Source: Laetmonice hystrix
Lineage: Eukaryota
Length of the DNA: 64,000 nucleotides
Assembly (NCBI GenBank): GCA_965235115.1
Contig: OZ249436.1
Location: 41,852,001-41,916,000, forward strand
Direction of reading: 5' to 3'
Shown here: in pieces, positions 13,147-24,214 of the stretch
Position numbering within the stretch: the stretch's first letter is position 1
Layout of the letters: every line of letters begins with the position of its first letter
Notes under the pieces: model-generated
Told to the model about the DNA's origin: nothing
The model's database searches: none
The model's input: the letters and a program-made list of their open reading frames with translations, nothing else
Program-made: the position numbers and the translations under genes

Positions 13147-13910
13147 TTCTTCTTCTTCTTCTTCTTCTTCTTCTTCTTCTTCTTCTTCTTTTCTTTTTCT
13201 TCTTCTTCCTTGGGGCCGGAGAGTTTAGTTGTGTAAGGATGCCAATTGCGGGTGTGAGAGTATCAAGATCCGCTCATTTCTTGAATCTTGGTCTCACTGG
13301 AATTTGTTTGAATCGCTGCTCGCCAGCTTGTTCCAGTGAGTATGGTGACTATAGGCCTAACGTGGCATTGCCTGACGAGCTCGGCTTATTTCAGTTCACG
13401 TCAGTCTGGATGGATGGATGCTACTCACTAAAACCCCACTTTTAAAAGGAACCCCTTAATGATACGAATTTTTCACGCCTGAGAGCAGTCGATCAATTAA
13501 AATGCTCAACCTCTTCACTGTCAATCAGCAATCTTGAGCTTGTATGAGAATAGACAGTTTTCACTTGCACGGCGGGAATAGGAAATAACCCAGCCAGACG
13601 TTACGTCACGTCACATAATACGTCTTATTAGACAAGACTGCGTATTCATCCGTTTCCCGAATATATTCGGGCCTAATTTACTTACAGAGTCTAGTCCACT
13701 TGACCTGTCCGGTCTTATGTAGGCCTGAGCCTATATATCTACTTTTTATATATCTTTATGATTTCAACTTACCTTATACTTATACAAAAGCGGTGATCTA
13801 TCCATGGGCGTCCTTAATAACAGCACTCTTACAAGGCATGCCGTTCTGAGTGGGTTCTATTTATGTTGTCTTTCTTTGCAGAGTTCTATAAATTGATGAT
13901 GTCAGACTGA
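6878..13910 (+). CDS. TnC: Troponin C-like EF-hand protein (lophotrochozoan type), 6 coding exons, 152 aa
   Basis: Exons 6878-6880 (ATG|gtgagt), 7285-7324, 9505-9648, 11123-11264, 11720-11820 and 13882-13910 are all GT-AG and phase-consistent (459 nt). Product: MSETEIKLTDTQCKAAQEAFNIFDKRDEGKIKIGDL...KKIKEDEDERELRDIFRVLDKEKKGEVNVMELRWILKSLGDDLTEEDIDDMIADVDTDGSGWVDYDEFYKLMMSD*. The EDEDEREL..FRVLDK..RWILKSLGD motifs match molluscan-type troponin C. A first exon ending at the ATG is typical of the calmodulin/TnC family. Confidence 0.9.
7947..7956. promoter_or_regulatory. CArG box (SRF site) CCTTATATGG in TnC intron 2, next to AP-1-like TGAGTCA (7929-7935)
   Basis: Exact CC(A/T)6GG match inside a muscle gene. 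Confidence 0.4.
7999..8080. repeat. (CTG)n/(CCG)n trinucleotide repeat in TnC intron 2
   Basis: Direct reading of the sequence. Confidence 0.95.
9195..9384. mobile_element. Short dispersed element with CAG(G/T)GGCGG ends; related copies near 195-412, 29157-29310 and 60735-60897
   Basis: CAGGGGCGGATC...TCCGCCACTG termini with G-run/C-run arms. The same GGCGGATCC/GGATCCGCC signature recurs in the window. Confidence 0.55.
9841..9888 (-). repeat. (CCCCCA)n tract; potential G-quadruplex on the minus strand
   Basis: A poly-C run followed by tandem CCCCCA units. Confidence 0.8.
12933..12964 (+). CDS. Candidate alternative terminal exon of troponin C (EFSELLEARL*)
   Basis: ccag|AG TTC TCT GAA CTT CTT GAA GCT AGG CTG TAA. 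It has the same phase and the same AGTTCT start as the 13882 exon and an EFxxLL F-helix pattern. The pyrimidine tract is weak. Confidence 0.5.
13066..13211. repeat. (CTT)n microsatellite
   Basis: Direct reading. It explains the poly-L and poly-F ORFs at 12921 and 12991. Confidence 0.97.
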
Positions 13911-16888
13911 GGTGGACCCTTGCCCGGATATTGCCGGAAAAATCCCGTTCTCTGCACGCCTTGTCGTGGATATGATTCGTCTTTGTGTGAGCCCATCAGA
14001 AAGAGCCAACTAATTTCTGTCAACTTCCCCGTAAACTCTCACCCACGACAATGATTCTGCTGTACCCTATCTTATGTCAATACGTTCATTAGGACATTTG
14101 ATCACACCCTAATGGAGTATAGCAAACTAAGAAGAAAACGCCGATAGACAAAATCCGAACATCCCAAGTTGGCTCATTCTAAGTTTTGTCTTGCAATTAA
14201 TTAATAATCACAATAATATTTTGTTAATTAAGGTTCCCCCCAACGACTGGAATAATAATCGTCGGAAACGCTCTTGTTATCCTGGCTTCCCGTTAAAAAT
14301 GTTGTTTATTGACACAGTTACAAATAATCCCCTCCTGCTGTTGTCTTTCTGTGTAATATATTATATTTTATTAATTACCCTATGGCCGGAAAGTGAATCA
14401 GTGGTATACTGTACATCAGAGAAGATGGTTCTCAAAACGACCGACCAGTTTGCATAAGTGCGCTGAAAAAAAGAAACAGATAGGCCTTAACGTTACGTCA
14501 AAACGCGCATGATTTTCAAACAGTCGGTCGGGTACAGTGTCCGCGTCATTTCGGCAGTGGAGTTGGCGCGTTTGTTTGGTGGTCGTACAAGCACGCTACT
14601 AAAGACGCTCGCCCCTTTTATTGCAGGGGAATGCGAAAGAGTAGTTCTCCATGCAATAAAAGTAGTTGGGGCATCGTCTTCAATGGCGACAGCAGTAGGG
14701 TGTGGAACTAGATGTCGTGGTGGTGGTGACTTGACCCCAGTCTTAACAGAAACTACTAAACTATATCCACTCATTGTCATTTACCCTTTGTACTGGATGC
14801 GCGTTGGTTTCTGGTTGGACTGTATCACCACTGTCTGTACAATGGTTCTGTATTTTCTATTTTTGCAGAATTTGCAAAACTGATGTTGGGAGATTAATAT
14901 GGTCACATGAACCAGGACGCATAAAGAGTTTGTTCCCAAATATGTTCCACCGTGGGGGAAAATAGACTGGCCTGCTCGTCATTAAACAAAATGTGAAAGG
15001 CACACTCTGAACCACCTTCCTTTCCGACAGCCAGCGTTGGTGAGGTCATGTTTTCGATCTCTCAATGGCGTCACCGTGCAAACAGGTTCGGTTAGAACGA
15101 TCATGTGGCGGCCATCTTGTTTCTGACTCCGCCGTTGTCATAGCGATATTCGGGAGGCGGACGTTGATGGTCGTAGGAGCCCAGCCAAGAGAAGCAAGAA
15201 AGGAAGGCAGTTCAAAGTGTCGTCTAAATCGGACATACATTACTCGGTAACAATGAAAAATGAAATTACGGTAGCAAAATGGAATTTTAAACTTTAAGAC
15301 CGGATTTTTTAATCGTGTGCACGTAACTATACGGAAGTCTATAGCATACTCTAGTTGTGGTCAGCTAACTCTACCTGCTATGTTTCTGAACAAGTGTCGC
15401 AATCGCGGTTGTGTCGACATAATAGTGTCATGTGTCCAACTCATCATCTTTTTTTAGATATCAACAGTCATAGTGTCTTGAAATTCGTCTTTCTTTTTGT
15501 ATGAAAAAGAAACTATTTATTTTTATCATCCTCGAGATCATGGTTGTAAAGGGATATATTAGTGTGCAGTGAAAAAGAGATTTGAAAGGATAGGTCCTTT
15601 TACGTTAATGGTGCTGCAGTGAGAACGTTAAGCGAACGAAAGCCACTGTGTTGCCATAGTCAAATTGTTATTTCTTCTTAGCGATAGACTCCGGCACCAA
15701 TAACGCTTTGTATGATTGTATGATTAGATCACATTGAAATAAACACCAAAAATCCTAATGAGATTGTTTTGTTTTGTTTTCGCTCCAGCATTGAGGGACA
15801 TAACAGTTCAATGGAGTTCTGTTCAATCACGAAATGACCATCTGTATTTTACCATTTCCACTTTAACTCTCTTTCTCTGTGTCTCTGTCTCTCTCTGTCT
15901 CTATCTCTCTCTCTCATGTCATGTAAGTCCTGTTTCTTTCAATGTTAAAGCGCCTTTTAAATCGACCTGGATCTGCCCATCTTAGAATATGTCAATGATA
16001 GGCCTACATCAAAAAGGCAATTGAAATGCCCTGGAAGTCACGAAATATTGAGAAAGCAACACCCCTTTTTTTGTTTTCTTGGGTTGTTGGGGAGAACGGG
16101 CGCATCCAATTAAAGGTTAGTGGCTATGCAGCTGTAGTTCACAAATATGATACTAGGAGGCTGAAGGTGGCGGCGCGAGCAGGGTCCGTTAAAGGGGCAA
16201 TTCGTGAAGGCCGTTTTCGCGGAATCCATACAACTTTCAAAGTTATATGTGTTGTAAGAAAGTCAATCAGTCGAATTAGCCATCCGATTTGTATCCACTG
16301 CGTATGCAGCGATCATAATGAGCTATCGGTCACAACGCATAGCTAATGAGGTGTTAACGCCCTCATGTCAACAACATGTCCCATCGACCCTTGCGCTCCT
16401 TCCTTCGCCCCAACAATCCCCGCGGTCATGCCGTGGACAGCAGCGGGCACGACCCCTGAAGTGTAGGCCCTACGGTCGCCGCTGAGGTCAAACTTGCCAC
16501 TTTTGTATTCCGATTATGATTCCGACACCGGGTCATATAACATAGGCCTACTACATCTCTTAGATGACTATATGAGGGAAGTTGGACGCGAATCCGGCTG
16601 AGTTGGGAGTTGAAACCCCGTCATGATTTGTTTCTCAACTCGAAGATCGCCGTTCTCAAAACACCGCACAACATCCACCGGCCACTACATAGATTATCAC
16701 AGCCGCTACATAGATTATCACATAAAATCTCACAATTCCGGAATCACTAGAATCTTATTCCCCCCCCCCCCCACTCCACGTCATTCGTAAAAACAGGTTT
16801 TATCGTGAATATGATGATGAAAAACTGGGTTCATACTCATGTCCACATTCTGTGTGCCCGCCATTGTAGTAGGCCAAAACTCCACGAA

Positions 16889-16961
16889 TGCGCAGGCGCA
16901 CATATTTTTTGCGCCAAGTGAGTCAACAAAGGCCATGTGGGTTGAAGGGGTGGGGCGGGGT
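16889..16961. promoter_or_regulatory. Putative promoter elements upstream of the DUF3504-like gene (TGCGCAGGCGCA; GC box GGGGCGGGG)
   Basis: NRF1-like and Sp-like motifs about 1 kb upstream of the ATG. Confidence 0.3.
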
Positions 16962-17939
16962 TATGTCCATATTTTAATGCCAATAACTTCCTATGTATCT
17001 CTTAACAGCGAAAACGCGAAAAACTGCCGGTTCGACACGAAATGCCCCTTTAACGGACGACATTGACGCTTCACGACTTCATCCACTATACCTGCCAGTC
17101 AACATGATTAAAACGATTCGCAGAACGGCCATAACCGAACTAAATGTTAACAATAACCCACCAAAGGGTGCACTCCCATCGAGAGCTGCCATTATAAGGT
17201 AGACTACTGCACCCAGCGATTGACAAAAAACAAAGGCAGATTCGCTCAGCGGCAGGTGAAGCGATCACGGAGTGAAACAGCAGGCAGCTGAGCGCAGATG
17301 AAAAACTTAAATCATGTTGGCGCTCTTAAACATAATGTTTATTAGCTAACGCACACGGATAATATGACCATTTTATGTACGGATCAAAATATTTTTTTAA
17401 TATTTAACAAATATTTTTAAAGTAATTTCTCATGCTAATTATGTTTAAAAGAAGCACTCGACATCGTGGTAGACTTCCGTAGTACACCTTCTAGTCGAAT
17501 ACCCCTCGTAGCTCGGAAAAGCGATCCGTTAATCACTCTGGTAATGATCAACGGTAAGCCGAAATACACGTGCCGCCCACAATAACCCTGCAAGGCCCCC
17601 TCGTGGTCACCGACCGCTGGGCCGCTCTGGGGGGTCCCTAGCGGCAACGGGTGAAACGACCCGACATCAGCTGCTGTCAGACGGCCCGCGCCCACAGCTT
17701 CCTAATCCTGCCGCCAGGTGGACAGCTCTTCGTCCATGCTATCTCAGGACGTTTCCAACATAATATGATTTTCCCTGCAGTGGACTGGTCAGACGTGTGG
17801 GCCTAACACCATATTCGGTACACGCACATGTATGTTATCAGGACATTTGACGCAAAACATCCTCGCAAAACTAATTTGAGTTGGAACCCATTGATGAACA
17901 CGAATGTAAGGTAATACCTTAACTCAATCTCTGAGAAAA

Positions 17940-20245
17940 ATGTTTGACACAAATCTTTGCGAACTCGATCTCTTAGCCCAAAATCACTACAGGGCGATTC
18001 TTGGGTGGTTGGAAACAGATGACAGACGAGTTTTGGCACCTTGTTTTCCGACCCGGTTGGTTGCAGGAGAAACTGACCAAGAACCACATTTAGAAACAAA
18101 CAGTCAGGCCAGCAAACATGTGGATGGCTGCAACATCGTCGTGCCAAACACTAGCTATTGTACACTGCCATGTAGTTATCAATCGTCCTGGTCAAACGCA
18201 GAGAGGTTGGCCACAGAGTCGACTTCCCTCTCTAATACATCACAACTCTCTAATACATCACAAAGTAGCTGTAGATACGCGTCTCCAGGGTTCAATGCCA
18301 CAGAAATATCGCGAGAAGATATGACCCAAGATTCAAGCCCTGTCTTGCCGACGTGTGGGGGTTTTGTGACAGAAAGTGATGAACATTTGTTCGTGCGAAA
18401 TTCGGACCTCTCGAGCATAAATCTAAACTGGTTGGATAATATTGCCGACATCATGTCCGATTATCAAACTAATAGAAATGAGTGGTGTTCAGGCAATTCT
18501 TGTGACGGAGGTGTAGATAACCGGCGCTGTCTCCTTCAACAGGATGGAGACATTAGTTGTATGCAGGAATTGGAAGCTACACCTGACCAGTGTCAACCCA
18601 TAACCTGTAAGAACTATATACTGCCCTGTTTGAGCGAAGAAACGCCCACTACCAAATGTACCCAGTTTCTGCAGTGTGAAAGCGGCCAAGAGGGCCCTAA
18701 TAGACAACATTATTACACTCCAACCAATTCCAAGCCTTCCAAGAGTGATCCTCGAGTATCTAGAGTTCTCTTCAGAAAAGAAACCTTCAACAGCCTTCCA
18801 AGCGTCATCCAAGAACGAGGCATCGCAAGAAAATCCAAACACACTTTTTACAAACAGAACTGGGCGGCTAATGTTTTCGAGAGGTGGTTGGCAGAGCGTT
18901 GGCCGGATCACAAAAAGAGGGTTGTAAGTGGTCAACAGCGACCCAGACGGAGGCCTCAGAGACAGATCCTACCAGCCCTTGATGACGACCAACTTAACAA
19001 GTGGTTGTCGTTGTTCCTGACCACCGCCGTCCATACTCGGTCAGGCAAGCCGTACCCCCGCCGGGCAATGTACGACCTGTTGATGAACATTCAGGGTTTC
19101 CTTCGCAGATTTGGAAGAAACATTGCTTTTCTTACTGACCCGACGTTTGAACCGATACAGACGGCTCTAAACAGCAGTGACAACAGTGCTGTGAATATCA
19201 GTACGGCAGTGGTTGGAAACAGAACACATTCTACACCACTGAGGGAGTCGGGAATAGAGGATGAAAATGAAAATGCGGACATGAAGAACTTGGCAGGCAA
19301 CTCGTGGAAGTCACGGACATTAGATCAGCATGATCCCGACTCTTTGTTGGACACGCTCGTGTACATGCTGGCAGTACGTCTTCACTTACAGAAAGACGGC
19401 CTCCAGAGATTGAATGTCGGTCAAATACGTATCACACGGTCTAAAAACGGCATCCTTGAGATGTGTTACTACCGTAAGTATATGAACGTTTATAAGGAAC
19501 GTTTGTAAGTACATGCACGCTGTCGCCGCTCAAAGTTACAATATTACAGAGCACTCGCAAACTGAATGAAATACCCATAAACAGGCAGGCATATAAAATT
19601 GATGTAGACACAAGATAAAACTGCTACCCTGTGAACTATTTTTATTGCAGCCAAGGAACTGAGAGCAGGTATATTTTGTCCGAGGGTTGTGAAAAGGTTC
19701 TCATCCCGGAAGGACGATCAGCACAGTCTTTGTGTTGTGAGGACGGTGGAGTTCTATCTGAACCACAGGTAGAAGATCTTTTTATCAACCCTCTATCCCG
19801 TCCCTATAGACCATAAAAATCCCACATATAAAAGCGAACGTGGATCCAGATAATTTGGCTTGCTTCTGGCTTTGCTATTTCTCGGCTAAGCCGAATTTAA
19901 CTGTGAGCTCACACCCCTATATAGAAAAGAAAAACTGCAACCCAAAATTTGTCTGTCCTTTTTAAAGCCCCGTTGTACTGGTAGGCCGCTTTGATACCAC
20001 GTGGTTTGCGAAACGGTTTCTAGTATATACGTTTGATTAATTTTGTGTTCCTTTCAAGACCTTCAGAGCGTGCCGCTGTCCAGTTTCTGCTCTTGCCACG
20101 GAAGTGTTGGAGTCAAGGCGACAAAACGTGGTTTGAGAACGAGGCTTGTGACGAACGTCGCCTACAGAGGGCGCTGTCACAGATGTTTCTGCAAGGTGTA
20201 AACGAAGGTAACATTTCAAAAAATATATATATTAACCATTTATAG
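17940..20245 (+). CDS. DUF3504-like (Crypton tyrosine-recombinase-derived; ZMYM/QRICH1/KIAA1958/KCTD1-like C-terminal domain) protein
   Basis: Exons 17940-19473, 19651-19768 and 20059-20245 (or a donor after 20207) are GT-AG and phase-consistent. Family motifs: NWAANVFERW, LNKWLSLF, RSGKPYPRRAMYDLLMNIQGFLR, FLTDPTF, PDSLLDTLVY, CVVRTVEFYLNHRP, FLLLP..WF. Confidence 0.75.
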
Positions 20246-20299
20246 ATTTTATAAAGCACTTCTTACACCACGGTGTCTTCATAAATAAGTTCATCTGGG

Positions 20300-20504
20300 T
20301 AAAGCTGTATCCTGACTGGACGCGTGCGACGCGAGCGACGCGCGCGTTTATTTTAGAAGTAATGGAAATGAATGGAGCCATCTGCACTGGCCGCGCGCGA
20401 CGCGCGCGACATATTTTGTGACGGGCTCCATTCATTTCCATTACTTCTTTTAAAAAACGCGCGCGTCGCTCGCGTCGCACGCGTCCAGTGAGGATACAGC
20501 TTTA
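20300..20504. mobile_element. Fold-back MITE
   Basis: Near-perfect terminal inverted repeats of about 80 bp: TAAAGCTGTATCCTGACTGGACGCGTGCGACGCGAGCGACGCGCGCG ... CGCGCGCGTCGCTCGCGTCGCACGCGTCCAGTGAGGATACAGCTTTA. Confidence 0.85.
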
Positions 20505-20780
20505 TGCCAAAAGAAAGTGTCGCCATCCCGTTAGTTTTCGGTCGATATATCTACCAGATGGCGCCGTCTGGTGATAAGAATAAGAACAATGGTTTTGAAT
20601 AGATGTCGGCCTACCTGTCTTATGCTGTGAATTATAGACGTATAGGGGGCACCGAGTTCAGGGCCGTAGCCTGAAGGGGGTCAAGAGGGGGAACTGCCCC
20701 CCTAGGATTTCCAGTTTAAAAAAAAATTATTGTTGGGCCTACTAATAGATCCCCAATATTGACCCTGATATTGACACCTG

Positions 20781-20956
20781 GCCCTGGTTTTTAGTTTGTC
20801 ATTTTACCAATCTTAAGACTGGAATTTAAAGACTGACTTGTGTTATGGGCCTTCATTGGCTGACTTCATTTGAAGGACCAATCAGAACCTCTGAAACAAG
20901 AGTTCAGTCTTAAGATTTGAATCTTAAGACTCAGTTTGCAAACTAAAAACTGGGGC
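20781..20956. mobile_element. MITE flanked by CTG/CAG (PIF/Harbinger-like)
   Basis: TIRs GCCCTGGTTTTTAGTTTG / CAAACTAAAAACTGGGGC, with CWG triplets at both ends. Confidence 0.7.
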
Positions 20957-20959
20957 CAG

Positions 20960-21081
20960 GGCCCGGTTTCAGAAAGGTTAGCATGATCTTAACTTTAGCT
21001 CTGCTTAGCCTTTTAGGACCCCTGATTGGCTGGTTGAAACTGAGCAGCAGAGGACCATGCTAACCTTTCTGAAACCGGGCC
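20960..21081. mobile_element. MITE flanked by CAG/CTG (PIF/Harbinger-like)
   Basis: Perfect TIRs GGCCCGGTTTCAGAAAGGTTAGCATG / CATGCTAACCTTTCTGAAACCGGGCC. Confidence 0.8.
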
Positions 21082-21525
21082 CTGGGGTGCGTTTGACTAA
21101 GCCCGAAAGACATCTTTGAACTGGTCGCTGAGCCAAACAGGTCTTTGCGGCGACGGGTGTTTCGGTGACGGGAGTACTGAAAAAAGGGGAACTGATCCTT
21201 GAGACTTGGTCCAAGTCCTATACCATTCGAAGATCTGGCGTCTGGAGAATACACGATAGCCCATTGAGAGTCAACTGATTTGGAACCTTGCCGCAGATTG
21301 AGCCCACTGACGGGGTACGGGTTGTATTGCTACATCCCTTTTAGAAGAGTTGTGTCACACTTATCGCCGAGTTACACCCTCACCTCTCCAAGTGGACAAA
21401 TACCAACCGAGCCGAACTCTTCGTACTGTCAGGTTTTCAACAGCGTCTGTTTCCAGACTACGACCGAACGTGGAGACCGGCGTCTCGCTGTTCCCTACAT
21501 TACTACAGTGCTGCTAATTGCTTTA

Positions 21526-22380
21526 TATCGGGTGGATAAAAAAAAACGCCCCGAACTTTAAACTTTAATATTTCAAAAAGTATTGATTGTAATTCAATGA
21601 AATTTTTCTTACTATCACTTCATGATGTTGTCTCTTAGTTGTTAATGTTACAACTCAATAGCTTGGATAATATTTACGTAGCGCTAAAAACAAAAATCAT
21701 TGTACAAAAGTGCAATGCCGGGCTAAAGCGAGTGGTAGTCGCACCCAGAGTCCCTGGCTTCACACTAGAGTAGGTGGTCAATCGGTCCCCCGTTTTCACT
21801 TCATACTGCTCTCTTTTTACATGCGCCAATGCACTTCCTGATCTCTGATAGGGAATTATCTTCCCATTATTGGGAAATAAGCAGCGTTCTGAACGTGTTG
21901 CTAAACGTGATAATGATAAGATTTCCCTTAAACTTCTGGTTACAGTCATATCGCCCTAATGTTGCAGTTTCTTTGTAGGGTTTGGCACATTAAACATCTG
22001 TTTTTCTCTAGAAGTACTAGGAATAGCACATAATTTATTATATCTAGTGGTTCACAACATTATACATATTGTAAAACATGCAAAAACTAAATATTGAAAA
22101 CTTTTTTTAGCCAAGGTACAATGCGGTGCATCAAACAGGTGTCAAATTGGACACCTGCCAGCTGCATGATATTTGACCTAATTCCGGCATTGTGTTTTTA
22201 GACACTGATTTTTGTTTTTAGCGCCACGGGATTAATATCAAAGCTATTGAGCTGAAACTTTGACATACAAGAGATAATATCATGAAGTTATATCACGAGA
22301 AATTTTATTGAATTATAATGCAAAGTTATTGAAATATTAAAGTTTAAATTTCGGGGCGTTTTTTTTTTATTCACCCGATA
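21526..22380. mobile_element. Non-autonomous Tc1/mariner-like element with TA target duplication
   Basis: Ends TATCGGGTGGATAAAAAAAAACGCCCCGAA / TTCGGGGCGTTTTTTTTTTATTCACCCGATA. The imperfect inverted similarity extends about 200 bp, TA lies on both flanks, and there is no transposase ORF. Confidence 0.85.
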
Positions 22381-22393
22381 TATCCCCCTCCAG

Positions 22394-22446
22394 GTCGAGC
22401 ACCACTGAAAGGGTGTGCACATACACTCAACGTTATGCTAGGATAA
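22394..22446 (+). CDS. Candidate last coding exon of the DUF3504-like gene (GRAPLKGCAHTLNVMLG*)
   Basis: The acceptor tccccctccag is phase-1 compatible with the donor GAA G|gtaaca after 20207. The frame is open to TAA at 22446. Confidence 0.3.
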
Positions 22447-24015
22447 AAACAGAGTTCCGGCAAAATTAGAAGTATTCAAGTACTACAGGTCTTAGGTAAA
22501 GATTAAACGCAAATTTTGATAGACATTTTACGTCTGTAAAATTGATTTTAGTGAACATAAACAGATACATTTGTGTATTTTGAAAACCACCCAGCAAAAT
22601 TGCGACGTGAGCGCCCTCTCTAATCAGGTGAGCATGTCTTGATACCTATTTGATGCAAATAAGAGTGCCAGTCGCAGGGACAGACTATTATTAGACGCTC
22701 TATTGTTTGGGTCTGTTGTTTTGCGACTCACTGACGTGTGAAGAAATGTCAGTAGCCGCCTGCATGAAACATCGAGCAGGCCAATGTGGATCTATACGTA
22801 TATTTAGCCATCAGGTGTGAAGCTTGCTTTTAGGAAAGTATGGGCGCAATAAAATACCTGCAACCACCGGAGCTGCAACGCCATGCTACAGGGTCGGGTA
22901 CATACTCTCCCACTCAAAATAAATTGAACGTTCATTTCCCTACATTCTGTGAACACCGATGTACAATTTCCTGTTGTCGAACTATCACATGTGGACTCCC
23001 AGCTCGACCGGCGCAATGGCCTATCTGGTTAATGTTCATAGGACACTGCCCCCTGAGATTTTTGGGCAGGCTACGGCCCTGGAGTTACAGTTTTGCTGTT
23101 AATTTAAGTTTAACAAAATCGTAGATGGAAAGATTGTGTGAAATAATGATTTTACGAGATGAACTACCTAAGTGTGATTACAAACCTCCGATTTATATTT
23201 TTTTTCTGCAGGTTGCCGTGATGTTCCTGACGCTCTCTGACAGCTGTATGGATCTAGATCAGTGTACATAATCTAATTGAAGAAAAGTCCCCCAAAATCA
23301 GGGTCGTACACCTTCATGTGCACGGTTAACGTGTCACACAAACTGTATAGCCTGATCTCCTTATATTATGTTGAAAATCAACTTCGCTGAATAATTAATA
23401 ATAATGACCCTAACTTTGTAGCTATGGATATTGTGGTTGATTGGTGAAGGCAATCGGCGAATCAACAACTTCTGTATATATGTCTCTGAATGGATGTGTC
23501 GTTTGTATAATGATATAAAACTATACTAAATCAGTACCAATGCCTAAATAAATTATTTAAAAAATAGTCCCGATCAGAGTCATATCTTTTCTCCCTTTTA
23601 TCGGTTCGTGTCCAATATGATCATCATGAAATTCTTTTAGATAATATTCGTAGAAATCCAAGTTCATTATTCCCCTGAAAAGATCCATAAATTTTGTCGC
23701 ACCAAACCCTTTTAGCCAATGTAGAAATAACCGCGGCGAGTTGGAATTTTAGTCCAGTCGCTATATTGTCACCGCCGACCGCCAATTTGGCTTTGAATAA
23801 TTCATTAAACCTGAATCCGCAGCTGACCAAACTTGCTTACCGGAAATTAAATTAACCTTTCTTGATGAGGCACTTATGGCGTCAGTCATGAAAACTGTTA
23901 GTACGCAAGTATGACGCTAGGTGGCTAGAAAGGTTACAGAACCTGACCTTATATCTTATCCATGTCGCTTGACAGAAACGGTGAAAGTATGGCTATAGAT
24001 ATACGCCCGAACGGC

Positions 24016-24214
24016 TAGTTATGTCCGATAGGAGATATGCCCGCAAAAATCAGCTAGATGTACCGGATCAGATAGGTACCGGACACGTCTAGCTGAAATT
24101 TGCGGACATATCCGGATTACCGGACATATCTAGCTGACATTTGCGGACATATCAATTTCTCCCAACACATCTATAGCTCATGTTTGCGGACATATCTCCT
24201 ATCGGACATAACTA
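24016..24214. mobile_element. MITE with TIRs and internal GCGGACATATC sub-repeats
   Basis: TAGTTATGTCCGATAGGAGATATG / CATATCTCCTATCGGACATAACTA. Confidence 0.8.

Noticed and set aside
12921..13445. Poly-Leu/poly-Phe membrane-like ORFs
   Set aside because: They are products of the (CTT)n microsatellite.
6878..13910. Calling the EF-hand gene calmodulin
   Set aside because: It is far too divergent from near-invariant calmodulin, has degenerate loops I and III, and carries molluscan TnC-type motifs.
17940..20245. Active Crypton transposon
   Set aside because: The catalytic R, HxxR and Y motifs were not found and no element boundaries were seen.
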